Origin: an uncultured Bacteroidales bacterium
Lineage (GTDB): Bacteria; Bacteroidota; Bacteroidia; Bacteroidales; Muribaculaceae
Assembly (NCBI GenBank): GCA_902760865.1
Contig: CACWID010000010.1
Location: 16,864 to 80,863 of the forward strand
Length of the DNA stretch: 64,000 nt
Direction: 5' to 3'
Of the stretch, positions 45,165 to 55,317 are shown piece after piece. Under the pieces are notes generated by a model. It was not told the origin of the DNA. It saw only the letters and a program-made list of their open reading frames with translations, and made no database searches. Made by a program: the position numbers and the translations under genes. The stretch's first letter is position 1. Every line of letters starts with the position of its first letter.

Positions 45165-45392
45165 CAGTCGCTTGAAGTTTTTGACTTTGACAATGGTATA
45201 GTTACATTGCCGATGGTGAGATGCGATAATTGGCTAGAAGGAATGTGTGTCGTTGGGAGTTGCCCTAATAGATAGCACTCTGTTTTTAGGGATAATTTGG
45301 TGATGTTCAACACAGTTTTATGATTTTATCATTTTCTGTGAAAGAATTCTCTTAATTTGTGGACTAGTAAAGTATTAATTGTTAGAATAGAT

Positions 45393-47771
45393 ATGAGATT
45401 TTCTAATTTTAGAATGACGGTTTTGGTTGTTGTCGCTATGCTGGCGATGACTGCCATGGGACAGCCCAAGGCGCTGACGTTTAACGACGCAACACGCCAC
45501 CAGACCGTAACGGTGACCGCCGTGGGCGAGGACATTGTGCGTGTGGATGTGGTGCCCGACGGGTGGAACGGCACACGCCTGCCATCGCTGGCACTGGACA
45601 AGAACGCCAAGGCCGAGATTAACGTCGAGGAGTTGGAGGACATGAGCGTGATGCGCACCGGCAGCGGCATGAAGGTGGTGCTGGACAGGACCATGGGCAG
45701 CATCACGGTGGGCAGCCGCAATGGCTATTACATCACCGACCTGTGTGACCGCGGCTCATCGAAGCTGACGCTGCTGCACCACGGCCATGAGTCGTTCTAC
45801 GGCGCTGGCGAGCGCGGCTACTCGTTTAACCTGGCCGGCGACACGCTTGTCAACTACAATAGCCAGAACTACGGTTACCAGATGGGCGAGGCGCGCACCA
45901 AGCTGATGGGCATCACCATGCCGATGGTGATTTCGTCCAAGGGCTACGGCGTGCTGTTTGACGACTTCTGCAAGTCCTCGCTTGTCGTGGGGGACAATGA
46001 ACTCCGGTATTCTTCTACCTCCCCGCAGCCCATCTCCTATTACGTCATCGACGGCAACGGCAAGGTCGAGAACGTGGTCAGGAACTTCACTTGGCTCGTA
46101 GGCCGTCAGGAACTGCCGCCGCTGTGGACGCTGGGCTACATCACCTCGAAGTATGGCTACCGTGACCAGCGCGAGAGCGAGGGCGTGGTCGATACCCTCA
46201 AGCGCGAGGGCTACCCGCTCGACGGCATCGTGTTCGACCTGTACTGGTATGGCCAGGAGGAGGACATGGGGCGCCTGGAGTGGGACAAGCAGCAGTGGCC
46301 CGACCACCGCAAGATGCTGCGTGACTTCAAGGAGAAGGGCGTCAATGTGGTGACCATCTCGCAGCCCTATGTGCTGACCAACGGCCGCGCCATCGACAAT
46401 TACCGCCTGCTGGATCCCCAGGGCATCTTCTGCAAGACCGACGGCACCGACACGACCCACACCGTCACCATCTGGGTGGGACAGGGCGGCATGTTTGACG
46501 TGTCCAATCCCGCCACACGCCAGTGGCTGCGCAACCGTTACAAATCGCTCACCGACGAGGGCGTGACCGGCTGGTGGGGCGACCTGGGCGAACCCGAGAA
46601 GCACCCGCTCGAAATCCGCCACTACAACGGCCTGACCGCCGAGCAATACCACAATTACTACGGCAACGAGTGGAGCAGCATCATCTATAATATGTTCAAG
46701 GAGGAGTACCCCGACCGTCGCCCGATGGTCATGATGCGTGCCGGCACCGCCGGCCTGCAGCGCTATTCGGTGTTCCCCTGGTCCACCGACGTGTCCCGCT
46801 CGTGGGGAGGCCTGCAGCCCCAGGTGACCATCATGCTCAACGCGGGCCTGAGCGGTCTGGGCTATATGTCGCACGATGTGGGCGGCTTTGCCGTCGATCC
46901 TGCCAACAAGCGCGACGGCGAACTCTACATCCGCTGGCTGCAGTTGGGTCTGTTCTCGCCCATGCTGCGCACCCACTCGACCTATCATGCCGAGCCTTAC
47001 CATTACACCGAGTTCGGCGACCTGACGCTGCGCATCATCAAGCAGCGCTACGCCTGGCTGCCCTATAACTACACGCTGGCCTATGACAACGCCCGCAACG
47101 GTCTGCCCATGGTGCGCCCGTTGGGCTTCTATGAGGATGACAAGCAGATCAGCCGTTATGACCACATCTGGGACCAGTACCTGTGGGGCCGCGACGTGAT
47201 GGTGGCTCCCGTGATGCAGCAGGGCGCCGTCAGCCGTGATATCACCTTCCCCGAGGGCACTTGGGTCGATGTCAACCATCCCGAGAAGCGCTACGAGGGC
47301 CACACGACGGTCAACTACAGCGCACCGCTCGAGGTGTTGCCGCTGTTCGCCCGTGCGGGTGCCTTCATTCCCCAGGCCAACTACGAGATGCAGAACGTGG
47401 GCGACTATAACCCCGACAAATTAGACATTATATATTATACCAGCGACTCGCCGTCGACCTACATCCTGTTTGACGACGACCTGCACTCGACAGGCACGTT
47501 GGCCAGGGACCAGCACCGCGAGATCCAGTTCACCGCCACGCCCCAGGGCAAGGTGTGCTATGTCACCATCCAGGGCCGCGGCAATGTCGCCGGCGACACG
47601 CCCAACAAGGACTACCGCCTCATCGTTCCCGCCACGACCAAGCCCTCCAAGGTGTTGATCAACGGCAAGAAGGCATCGGGCGTGACCTATGACAAGTCCA
47701 CCGGCCGTCTCGTGATTCCCGTCTCCATCCCTGACATCGCCACGGCGACCACGATTGAATGGAGCAAGTAA
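45393..47771 (+). CDS. GH31 family glycoside hydrolase (alpha-glucosidase-like)
   Basis: Start at ATG 45393 (signal peptide MRFSNFRMTVLVVVAMLAMTAMG). GH31-like core with GVTGWWGDLGEPE and YMSHDVGGF regions. 792 aa. Confidence 0.75.
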   Translation: MRFSNFRMTVLVVVAMLAMTAMGQPKALTFNDATRHQTVTVTAVGEDIVRVDVVPDGWNGTRLPSLALDKNAKAEINVEELEDMSVMRTGSGMKVVLDRTMGSITVGSRNGYYITDLCDRGSSKLTLLHHGHESFYGAGERGYSFNLAGDTLVNYNSQNYGYQMGEARTKLMGITMPMVISSKGYGVLFDDFCKSSLVVGDNELRYSSTSPQPISYYVIDGNGKVENVVRNFTWLVGRQELPPLWTLGYITSKYGYRDQRESEGVVDTLKREGYPLDGIVFDLYWYGQEEDMGRLEWDKQQWPDHRKMLRDFKEKGVNVVTISQPYVLTNGRAIDNYRLLDPQGIFCKTDGTDTTHTVTIWVGQGGMFDVSNPATRQWLRNRYKSLTDEGVTGWWGDLGEPEKHPLEIRHYNGLTAEQYHNYYGNEWSSIIYNMFKEEYPDRRPMVMMRAGTAGLQRYSVFPWSTDVSRSWGGLQPQVTIMLNAGLSGLGYMSHDVGGFAVDPANKRDGELYIRWLQLGLFSPMLRTHSTYHAEPYHYTEFGDLTLRIIKQRYAWLPYNYTLAYDNARNGLPMVRPLGFYEDDKQISRYDHIWDQYLWGRDVMVAPVMQQGAVSRDITFPEGTWVDVNHPEKRYEGHTTVNYSAPLEVLPLFARAGAFIPQANYEMQNVGDYNPDKLDIIYYTSDSPSTYILFDDDLHSTGTLARDQHREIQFTATPQGKVCYVTIQGRGNVAGDTPNKDYRLIVPATTKPSKVLINGKKASGVTYDKSTGRLVIPVSIPDIATATTIEWSK

Positions 47772-47812
47772 AGACATCGCCTGATTCACGATATTGATGA
47801 CCAAATACCCTG

Positions 47813-47851
47813 ATGCGGCAGTCCTGTACCCTGGATTGCCGCATTTGGTTT
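47813..47851 (+). terminator. terminator-like hairpin after the GH31 gene
   Basis: ATGCGGCA-N16-TGCCGCAT stem followed by TTGGTTT. Confidence 0.55.
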
Positions 47852-48011
47852 ATCTATAAAAAAGGGAGATTGGTCGTATTTTTATGCCCAATGGGGCGAT
47901 TATCGGGCTGTATAGCGCATAAAGTAGTTAAACTTGGTATTTGAATTGCCGTCTAAAAGACAAACGAAATGAATTTAATCACTTGTTGAACAATTATAAA
48001 ACAACACGATT

Positions 48012-49676
48012 ATGAAAACTTCTGTTAAAAACTTGATGATGAGCTTCGCGCTCATGGGATGCCTGATCTTTGGTGCATCCGACGCTTCGGCCCAGGGCCG
48101 CAGTCGTTCACAAGGAGGCAGCACCACCAGCAGAAGCCAGTCGGCGGCTGTCTCACGTACAAACAATACCCCTGCACCGGCGGTGAGCCGCTCCAGCAGT
48201 ACATCTAGCAGCTCGGTGAGCCGTAGCAGCTCAGCAACGCCTCAGGTGAACCGCTCGTCCAGCAGCAGTTCCATGAGCACGACACGCAGCAGCTCGGCAA
48301 CGCCTCAGGTGAACCGCTCGTCCAGCAGCAGTTCCATGAGCACGACACGCAGCAGCTCGGCAACGCCTCAGGTGAACCGCTCGTCCAGTAGCAGTTCCTC
48401 GAGCACCCGCAGCAGCTCGGTAGCTCCCCAGGTGAACCGCTCATCCAGCAGCAGTTCCTCGAGCACCCGCAGCTCGGTAACGCCTCAGGTGAACCGCTCC
48501 ACAGGCAGCAGCACCACGAGCACCCGTAGCAGTTCGGTAGCTCCCCAGGTGAACCGCTCCACTGGCAGCGGCACCACGAGCACCACGACCCGCAGCGGCT
48601 CGGCAACGACTCATGTGAACCGTTCAACTGGCACCAGTTCCACGAGCACCACGACCCGTGACATCAATACCGGCACGGTGAGCCGCAGCACCACGACCCC
48701 GACGGGCACTTCAGGCAATAGCGCAAACACCCGTTCGGGCGGAGCAACGACCCGCGGCACTACCGGAACCACTGGTGTGACCGGATCCTCGAGCTCGACC
48801 AAGGGCGGCTCTGTCGGCACCGGCGACGTGACTCGCCACAGCGATAGCGGCAGCCCCAAGGTGACCACGACTCCGAGCAGCATGACTGAGGGCCGCACCA
48901 TCGGCATCTCGTCCACCCCCACCACCAAGCGCGGCGATGGTACCACCAAGCGTGGTGACGGCACCGGCAAGCGTGGCGATGGTAAAGGCAAACCCGGCGA
49001 CGGCCACGGCGGCAAGCCCGGCGACAATGGCGGCAAGCCCGGCGACGGACACGGAGGTAATCATGGCCACGGAGGTGGCGGAGGCCGTCCTGGTTTCGAT
49101 TCACACAACCACTTCGACTACAACGGCCACCACTATGGCAACGACTTCCACAGGAACTATCACAGCCACTCCTGGAGTTGGAGTCGCCCCCTGCCTCCTC
49201 CCGTACGTCCCTACCGTCCCGCACCTCTCGTATGGTATCGCCCCGTGATCCCCGCTGGTTGGTATCCCTATGCAGGAGCCCCCGTGATCGATCGCATCCT
49301 GGGCATCAGCTTCGGAACGCTCTTTGACATCTCGCTCGACTATCTGTACTACAATGGCTACGAGATCGATGGCTATGCAGACCACATCATCTATCTGAGG
49401 AATGTGCCCCTGCTGCACCTCGTCTGGGACGACGTCATGCTGAGCTACGATAGTTTCGACAGATTGGTAAACGCACAGTTTGTTTACATGACTTCGCACT
49501 ATGACACATACCGCTACAACAGGATTTACAACAACCTGTGCAGGGTATATGGGACTCCCATCACCGGCAATGGTGCAGAAATCAGTTGGTACGGAGGGAA
49601 CAGCACCGGTTGGGTGACCCTCTCCAGGCACAACAATCTGGGCTACTACTACATCACACTGTCGATCGGATATTGA
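48012..49676 (+). CDS. secreted Ser/Thr-rich repeat protein with triple RGD, Gly/His-rich tract and a globular Tyr-rich C-terminal domain
   Basis: 554 aa with a signal peptide. Seven ~21-aa repeats RSSSATPQVNRSSSSSSMSTT. KRGDG occurs three times. The conserved-looking C-terminal ~170 aa are of unknown family. Confidence 0.6.
   Translation: MKTSVKNLMMSFALMGCLIFGASDASAQGRSRSQGGSTTSRSQSAAVSRTNNTPAPAVSRSSSTSSSSVSRSSSATPQVNRSSSSSSMSTTRSSSATPQVNRSSSSSSMSTTRSSSATPQVNRSSSSSSSSTRSSSVAPQVNRSSSSSSSSTRSSVTPQVNRSTGSSTTSTRSSSVAPQVNRSTGSGTTSTTTRSGSATTHVNRSTGTSSTSTTTRDINTGTVSRSTTTPTGTSGNSANTRSGGATTRGTTGTTGVTGSSSSTKGGSVGTGDVTRHSDSGSPKVTTTPSSMTEGRTIGISSTPTTKRGDGTTKRGDGTGKRGDGKGKPGDGHGGKPGDNGGKPGDGHGGNHGHGGGGGRPGFDSHNHFDYNGHHYGNDFHRNYHSHSWSWSRPLPPPVRPYRPAPLVWYRPVIPAGWYPYAGAPVIDRILGISFGTLFDISLDYLYYNGYEIDGYADHIIYLRNVPLLHLVWDDVMLSYDSFDRLVNAQFVYMTSHYDTYRYNRIYNNLCRVYGTPITGNGAEISWYGGNSTGWVTLSRHNNLGYYYITLSIGY
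48225..48659 (+). repeat. in-frame coding tandem repeat, 63-nt unit (two perfect copies, then five 57-66-nt variants)
   Basis: Units 48225-48287 and 48288-48350 are identical except for one base at unit position 9 (tcagca in the first, tcggca in the second). They encode SSSATPQVNRSSSSSSMSTTR. Confidence 0.9.
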
Positions 49677-49723
49677 TACAAAACACGATTAGTCTAGATA
49701 CACACACACGATCCTCTTTGATG

Positions 49724-49765
49724 CAGGAGGCGGACAGCAAAAGGCGGTCCGCCTCCTGTTGATTG
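49724..49765 (+). terminator. terminator after the Ser-rich protein gene
   Basis: 12-bp stem CAGGAGGCGGAC/GTCCGCCTCCTG followed by TTGATTG. Confidence 0.6.
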
Positions 49766-50006
49766 ATAGCGGTAGGGTGGGGCATCAGGACATGGGGCGG
49801 GAAAGTCAGTTTTTCGTGCTTTTTGGCCCTACTGGAAACAATTATGACCGATTTTAACAATTTTTCAATGTAATTTTAGAAATATTAGATACTTATATTT
49901 GGTCAAAACCACCGATTGTAGTAATTTTGCAACAAGTTTTTTCATAGGATTAGATTTTTAAGGTTTAAAGTGTACGCGTGTTGGGAAACAGGCGTACATT
50001 TTTTTG

Positions 50007-50014
50007 TAAATTTG
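50007..50014 (+). promoter_or_regulatory. -7 box TAAATTTG
   Basis: 12 nt upstream of the rnz ATG at 50026, implying a very short leader. Confidence 0.5.
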
Positions 50015-50025
50015 CAGTCCGAAAA

Positions 50026-50946
50026 ATGACCCGATTAGACTTGAACATACTGGGATGCGGGAGCGCGACGATGACGCCGCGCCACCAGCCGTCGTGCCAG
50101 GTGCTGAACGTGCGCGACAACCTGATGATGATCGACTGCGGCGAGGGAGCCCAGCTGGCCGTGCGCCGCATGGGGCTCAAACTGATGCGCCTCAACCACA
50201 TCTTCATCAGCCACCTTCACGGCGACCACTGCTTCGGGCTGCCGGGGCTGGTATCGACGATGGCGTTGCTCAACCGTACCAATTCGTTGACGATCCACAC
50301 CTTCCAGGACGGGGCAGAACTGTTCGGGCAGATGCTGGACTACTTCTGCCGCGAGCGGCCGTTCGAGGTGCGCTTCAATGTCATCGATACGCATAAACGT
50401 GTCATCCATGAGGACGATGCCATGACGGTAACCACGTTCCCGCTCGTCCACCGCGTGCCGGCAGTGGGTTTCCTGTTCCAGGAAAAGCCCAAGCTGCGCC
50501 ACATCATCGCCGACGAGGTGCAGCGCCTGGGCGTGCCGCACTATGCCATGAACTCGCTGCGGCAGGGCGAGGATTGGGTCACCCCCGACGGCGTCATCGT
50601 CCCCAACGAGCAGTTGACCACCGCAGCCGACCCCGCCATCAGCTACGCCTACTGCAGCGACACCAAGTTCTCGCGTCGTGTCATCAAGAGCGTTGAGGGC
50701 GTGGACTGGCTCTACCATGAGGCCACCTACGACGACACCCTGCGCATCAAGGCCCACAAGCGCTACCACAGCACTGCACTCGAGGCCGCCACCGTCGCCC
50801 GCGAGGCCGGCGTGAAGCAGCTCATCCTGGGCCACTTCTCCAAGCGCTACGTGGACGACACGCCCCTGCTTGACGAGGCCGTCACCGTCTTTCCCGCCAC
50901 GCGCCTGGCCAACGAGGGCATGGTCATCGACCTGAACCAGCCGTGA
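50026..50946 (+). CDS. rnz: ribonuclease Z
   Basis: Start at ATG 50026 (MTRLDLNILGCGSA). Metallo-beta-lactamase motif HLHGDHCFGLPGL. ~306 aa. Confidence 0.9.
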   Translation: MTRLDLNILGCGSATMTPRHQPSCQVLNVRDNLMMIDCGEGAQLAVRRMGLKLMRLNHIFISHLHGDHCFGLPGLVSTMALLNRTNSLTIHTFQDGAELFGQMLDYFCRERPFEVRFNVIDTHKRVIHEDDAMTVTTFPLVHRVPAVGFLFQEKPKLRHIIADEVQRLGVPHYAMNSLRQGEDWVTPDGVIVPNEQLTTAADPAISYAYCSDTKFSRRVIKSVEGVDWLYHEATYDDTLRIKAHKRYHSTALEAATVAREAGVKQLILGHFSKRYVDDTPLLDEAVTVFPATRLANEGMVIDLNQP

Positions 50947-50957
50947 TGGCTCCGGGA

Positions 50958-51092
50958 AGCTCTGAGTTCTCCGAGCTCTCTGAGCTCTCTGAGTTCTCCG
51001 AGTTCTCTGAGTTCTCTGAGTTCTCTGAGTTCTCCGAGTTCTCCGAGTTCTCTGAGTTCTCCGAGCCCTCCGAGTTCTCCGAGTTCTCCGAG
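50958..51092. repeat. 9-nt tandem array GAG(T/C)TCTC(C/T), ~15 units
   Basis: Uninterrupted gagttctcc / gagttctct / gagctctct units starting 12 nt after the rnz stop. Confidence 0.9.
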
Positions 51093-51417
51093 AAAATAAT
51101 CCAGTACCATTAAACCTTGCTCGACCTTGCTAGTCCAATGGGTGATTTTCGGGTCGGGAAGGCTTTTATCAGGAAAAAGCACAAAGGCCCGAAGCCGCGA
51201 GAAAAGGAATATTATTACGTTTTTTAACAGATAGTTGACGTAAAAAGTTCAAAAATTTGTTTAAAAACATTGTGTTTCATCAACATAAAGTCTAAAAAAG
51301 CCCAAACGGGCACAAATTAAGTAAATTTTTCTTTATTGTTTGAAGAATTTGTATTTCCTTTGCAGTCTCAAAATTGTGAACATACATTTTTAAATAACTA
51401 ATTTAATACAAACGACT

Positions 51418-51660
51418 ATGTCAGAAATTGAAGAAAGAGTAAAACAAATTATCGTTGATAAGTTAGGTGTTAGCGAGTCTGAGGTGACTCCGGAGGCTAC
51501 TTTTAGCCAGGACCTGGGTGCTGACAGCCTTGATACCGTCGAGCTGATCATGGAATTTGAGAAGCAGTTCGACATCAAGATCCCCGATGATATGTCAGAG
51601 TCCATCCAGAGCGTAGGCGACGCCATCCAGTTCATTGTAAACGCTAAGGCTGCCGAATAA
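51418..51660 (+). CDS. acpP: acyl carrier protein
   Basis: 80 aa. Phosphopantetheine attachment motif [16 protein letters not shown]. Confidence 0.95.
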   Translation: MSEIEERVKQIIVDKLGVSESEVTPEATFSQDLGADSLDTVELIMEFEKQFDIKIPDDMSESIQSVGDAIQFIVNAKAAE

Positions 51661-51689
51661 GACAAAGTATTCTTTAAATTTCCTACCAC

Positions 51690-52973
<1,284 letters not shown>

Positions 52974-52996
52974 CCTACTGGCACAACGATTTGCCG

Positions 52997-53770
52997 ATGC
53001 TGCTGAGCAACGCCATATCACTCATAAAGCTCCTTTTCGTCAAGGATAAGGAGCTTTATGTTTTTATTCACCGCATCACCGGCTATTATCCCCGCGACAT
53101 CAAGCTGTATGAACTCGCCATGGTGCACCGCTCCAAGCCGGTGAAAACGCCCGAAGGCAAATGGTCGAACAACGAGCGGCTCGAGTTCCTGGGCGATGCC
53201 GTCCTGGATGCCGTTGTCGCCGACTTCCTCTACGACGCCTTCCCCGGGCACCACGAGGGTTTCCTCACCTCTACGCGCGCCAAGATTGTCCAGCGCGAGA
53301 GCCTTAACCGCATCGGCAACAGCCTGCACCTCGACAGCCATGTGCACGCCTCGATGCATTTCTCATCCCATAACAGCTACGTCTGCGGTAACGCCCTCGA
53401 GGCGCTTGTCGGCGCCGTCTATCTCGACCAGGGCTACAAGCGTTGCCGCAAGTTTATCATCAACCGCCTGGTCAAGGCATTCTTTGACCTCAATGAACTG
53501 GTCCGCACCGAGCAGAACTTCAAGTCACGCCTCATCGAGTGGACCCAGAAGTACCGCGTCACCATCGAGTTTGAGCTGGTTGACACCTACAGCGACGCTG
53601 ACAAGAACCCCGTCTTCTGCACCGCGGTCATCCTGGGTGGCATCTATGCCAGTGATGCCGAGGGCTACAGCAAGAAGGAGTCCCATCAGGCGGCGTCCCG
53701 CAAGGCCCTGGACCGACTGAACGGTGACCAGCGCTTCCGCGAGCAGGTCCTCTCTACCGCCATCCTCTGA
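52997..53770 (+). CDS. rnc: ribonuclease III
   Basis: RNase III signature ERLEFLGDAVLD plus a C-terminal dsRBD. ATG 52997 preferred over the TTG at 52991. Confidence 0.9.
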   Translation: MLLSNAISLIKLLFVKDKELYVFIHRITGYYPRDIKLYELAMVHRSKPVKTPEGKWSNNERLEFLGDAVLDAVVADFLYDAFPGHHEGFLTSTRAKIVQRESLNRIGNSLHLDSHVHASMHFSSHNSYVCGNALEALVGAVYLDQGYKRCRKFIINRLVKAFFDLNELVRTEQNFKSRLIEWTQKYRVTIEFELVDTYSDADKNPVFCTAVILGGIYASDAEGYSKKESHQAASRKALDRLNGDQRFREQVLSTAIL

Positions 53771-53842
53771 TCGCTCACGCCACCTATAACAAACGTGAAA
53801 AAGTGAAAAAATTGGTTTCATTTTGCCGTTGTATGGGCAAGA

Positions 53843-54556
53843 ATGAGTAACTTCGCAGGCCTTTGCGGTCCCAAAAACCGCAATCGACTACTGAATGTCA
53901 TGAGACCGATAACCAATATACTGCTAGTGTTGGCACTCATCTGCTATGTGTTCCTGCCCTTCCACGCCATCTCGTTGATGGGCACGGTGACAGGCATGGG
54001 CTTTACCGCCGGCACCATATCCCAGTTCCAGAGCATCGGAAGCGTTGCCCTGGCTCTCGTGCCGTTCATCGCCTGCTTCGGGGCTGTCGCGCTCAACTGC
54101 CTGAAGCGCCACTGGTGGGTTGTCGGTGCCATCGCCTGCATCCTGCTGTGGCTATGGTTCTACTCCGTCACGGGCAGTTCCCGTGACATCACCCTGCAGC
54201 ACGCTCCCGAGGTGACCCCCGACAACGACCTCGGCGAGGGCTTCTCGGTCATCGGCATGGGCATCGGTTATACCCTGTCGCGTGCCCTGACCTGGTTGTC
54301 GCTCATCTCGGCCCTCATCTCGCTGCTCCCCTTCAAGTTCAACCAGACCATCGAGAAGGCCGTGGACGACACCTTCGAGGACGGCCGTCGACACGTGCGC
54401 GAGGAATTCAAGCGCCTCGAGAACGCTCACAAGACCCACAAATCAAAGCAGAATCTTCCTAAACAGGAAACGGCAGACCCTGCCGCCGTCCGACAGGAAG
54501 AGCCCCCTCTCCCCGAAGAGGACAAGGAAGATCCCTCCCGCTTCATGCCCAAGTAA
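53843..54556 (+). CDS. integral membrane protein with charged/Pro-rich C-terminal tail, unknown function
   Basis: 237 aa with 4-5 TM helices. The start is uncertain; an alternative Met lies at 53900. Confidence 0.45.
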   Translation: MSNFAGLCGPKNRNRLLNVMRPITNILLVLALICYVFLPFHAISLMGTVTGMGFTAGTISQFQSIGSVALALVPFIACFGAVALNCLKRHWWVVGAIACILLWLWFYSVTGSSRDITLQHAPEVTPDNDLGEGFSVIGMGIGYTLSRALTWLSLISALISLLPFKFNQTIEKAVDDTFEDGRRHVREEFKRLENAHKTHKSKQNLPKQETADPAAVRQEEPPLPEEDKEDPSRFMPK

Positions 54557-54596
54557 AAAAGTACCAGAAGAATCATTCTTCTGGTACATTTTTTTT
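54555..54596. terminator. bidirectional rho-independent terminator
   Basis: AAAAAA + GTACCAGAAGAAT-CAT-TCTTCTGGTAC + ATTTTTTTT, between convergent genes. Confidence 0.75.
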
Positions 54597-54633
54597 CGTC
54601 GATGGTTCGGGCGAACACCCCCACCTCTGTGTG

Positions 54634-55185
54634 TTATTCTGACGGAGTGGGGTGGTGCATGTCGATGCGGCGGAAGGTGATGGGGGTGGTGACACGCAGG
54701 GTGTGTCGGTTGGCTCCGTAGAACAGTACTCGTCCCGCCAGGACATCATACTTGGCCAGAACGCCGTGCACATTCTTGTAAACGAGGTTGTCGAGGTGGA
54801 TGTAGGCCTGCTTGAGGTCCACGCTGTAGAGCAACACCCACTTGGCGGTGAATTCCCCCTGCCACAGCAGCTGCCACTCGTCGTGCTCGGGGATGCCGTC
54901 GGGCGACACGCTGGTGCGTATCAGCTCGTTGTAGTATCCCCAGACCGTGCTGTCCTTGACGTTGAACTTGTAATTCATCTCGATGAAGTGGACGGTATCA
55001 TCGTACTGATAGACCCAGTCACCGTCCATGTACTTGTTGTACTGGTCCTGTAACTCGACGCTCTCGAGCGTGGTCCAGTCGGTCTCGATGACCTCGTGGC
55101 TGCCCTCACAGCCGGCCAGCGACAGTAACAGTACTGCCGATATCAATAATGCTCTGAAGTAATATTTTATCATCGTCATAACCAT
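54634..55185 (-). CDS. lipoprotein, unknown function
   Basis: 183 aa. Lipobox LSLAGC. Immediately downstream of the OM-barrel gene. Confidence 0.5.
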   Translation of the reverse strand: MVMTMIKYYFRALLISAVLLLSLAGCEGSHEVIETDWTTLESVELQDQYNKYMDGDWVYQYDDTVHFIEMNYKFNVKDSTVWGYYNELIRTSVSPDGIPEHDEWQLLWQGEFTAKWVLLYSVDLKQAYIHLDNLVYKNVHGVLAKYDVLAGRVLFYGANRHTLRVTTPITFRRIDMHHPTPSE

Positions 55186-55258
55186 ATAATACTTACTTAT
55201 CTTAACGCAGCCGTCGCCCGATTATTGCCCCTCGACGGTGGCTTCTTTTGCAAAGAAA

Positions 55259-55290
55259 CTGGCCCCGGTCAAACTGAAGACCGGGGCCAG
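55259..55290 (-). terminator. terminator of the OM-barrel gene
   Basis: 12-bp stem CTGGCCCCGGTC/GACCGGGGCCAG, followed on the minus strand by TTTCTTTGC. Confidence 0.6.
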
Positions 55291-55317
55291 ATGAGTAGTT
55301 GTCGTTTAGGATCGGTT

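Noticed and set aside
43266-45392. Classifying the AT-rich island as a prophage remnant, IS or integrative element, or as a canonical Thoeris locus.
   Set aside because: No integrase, transposase, tRNA attachment site, inverted ends or flanking direct repeats were found by eye. No SIR2 or Macro ThsA-type gene is adjacent. It is therefore reported only as a compositional island with a TIR gene.
4947-51092. Whether any of the tandem arrays could be a CRISPR array.
   Set aside because: Units are only 7-9 nt, directly abutting with no spacers. There are no cas genes and no 24-48-nt repeat/spacer periodicity anywhere in the window.
50847-51182. 111-aa minus-strand ORF translating the nonamer array as (GELRE)n.
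   Set aside because: It is composed almost entirely of the tandem repeat. It has no non-repeat domain and no credible start context or promoter. The array obeys the same after-stop-codon placement as the non-coding arrays.
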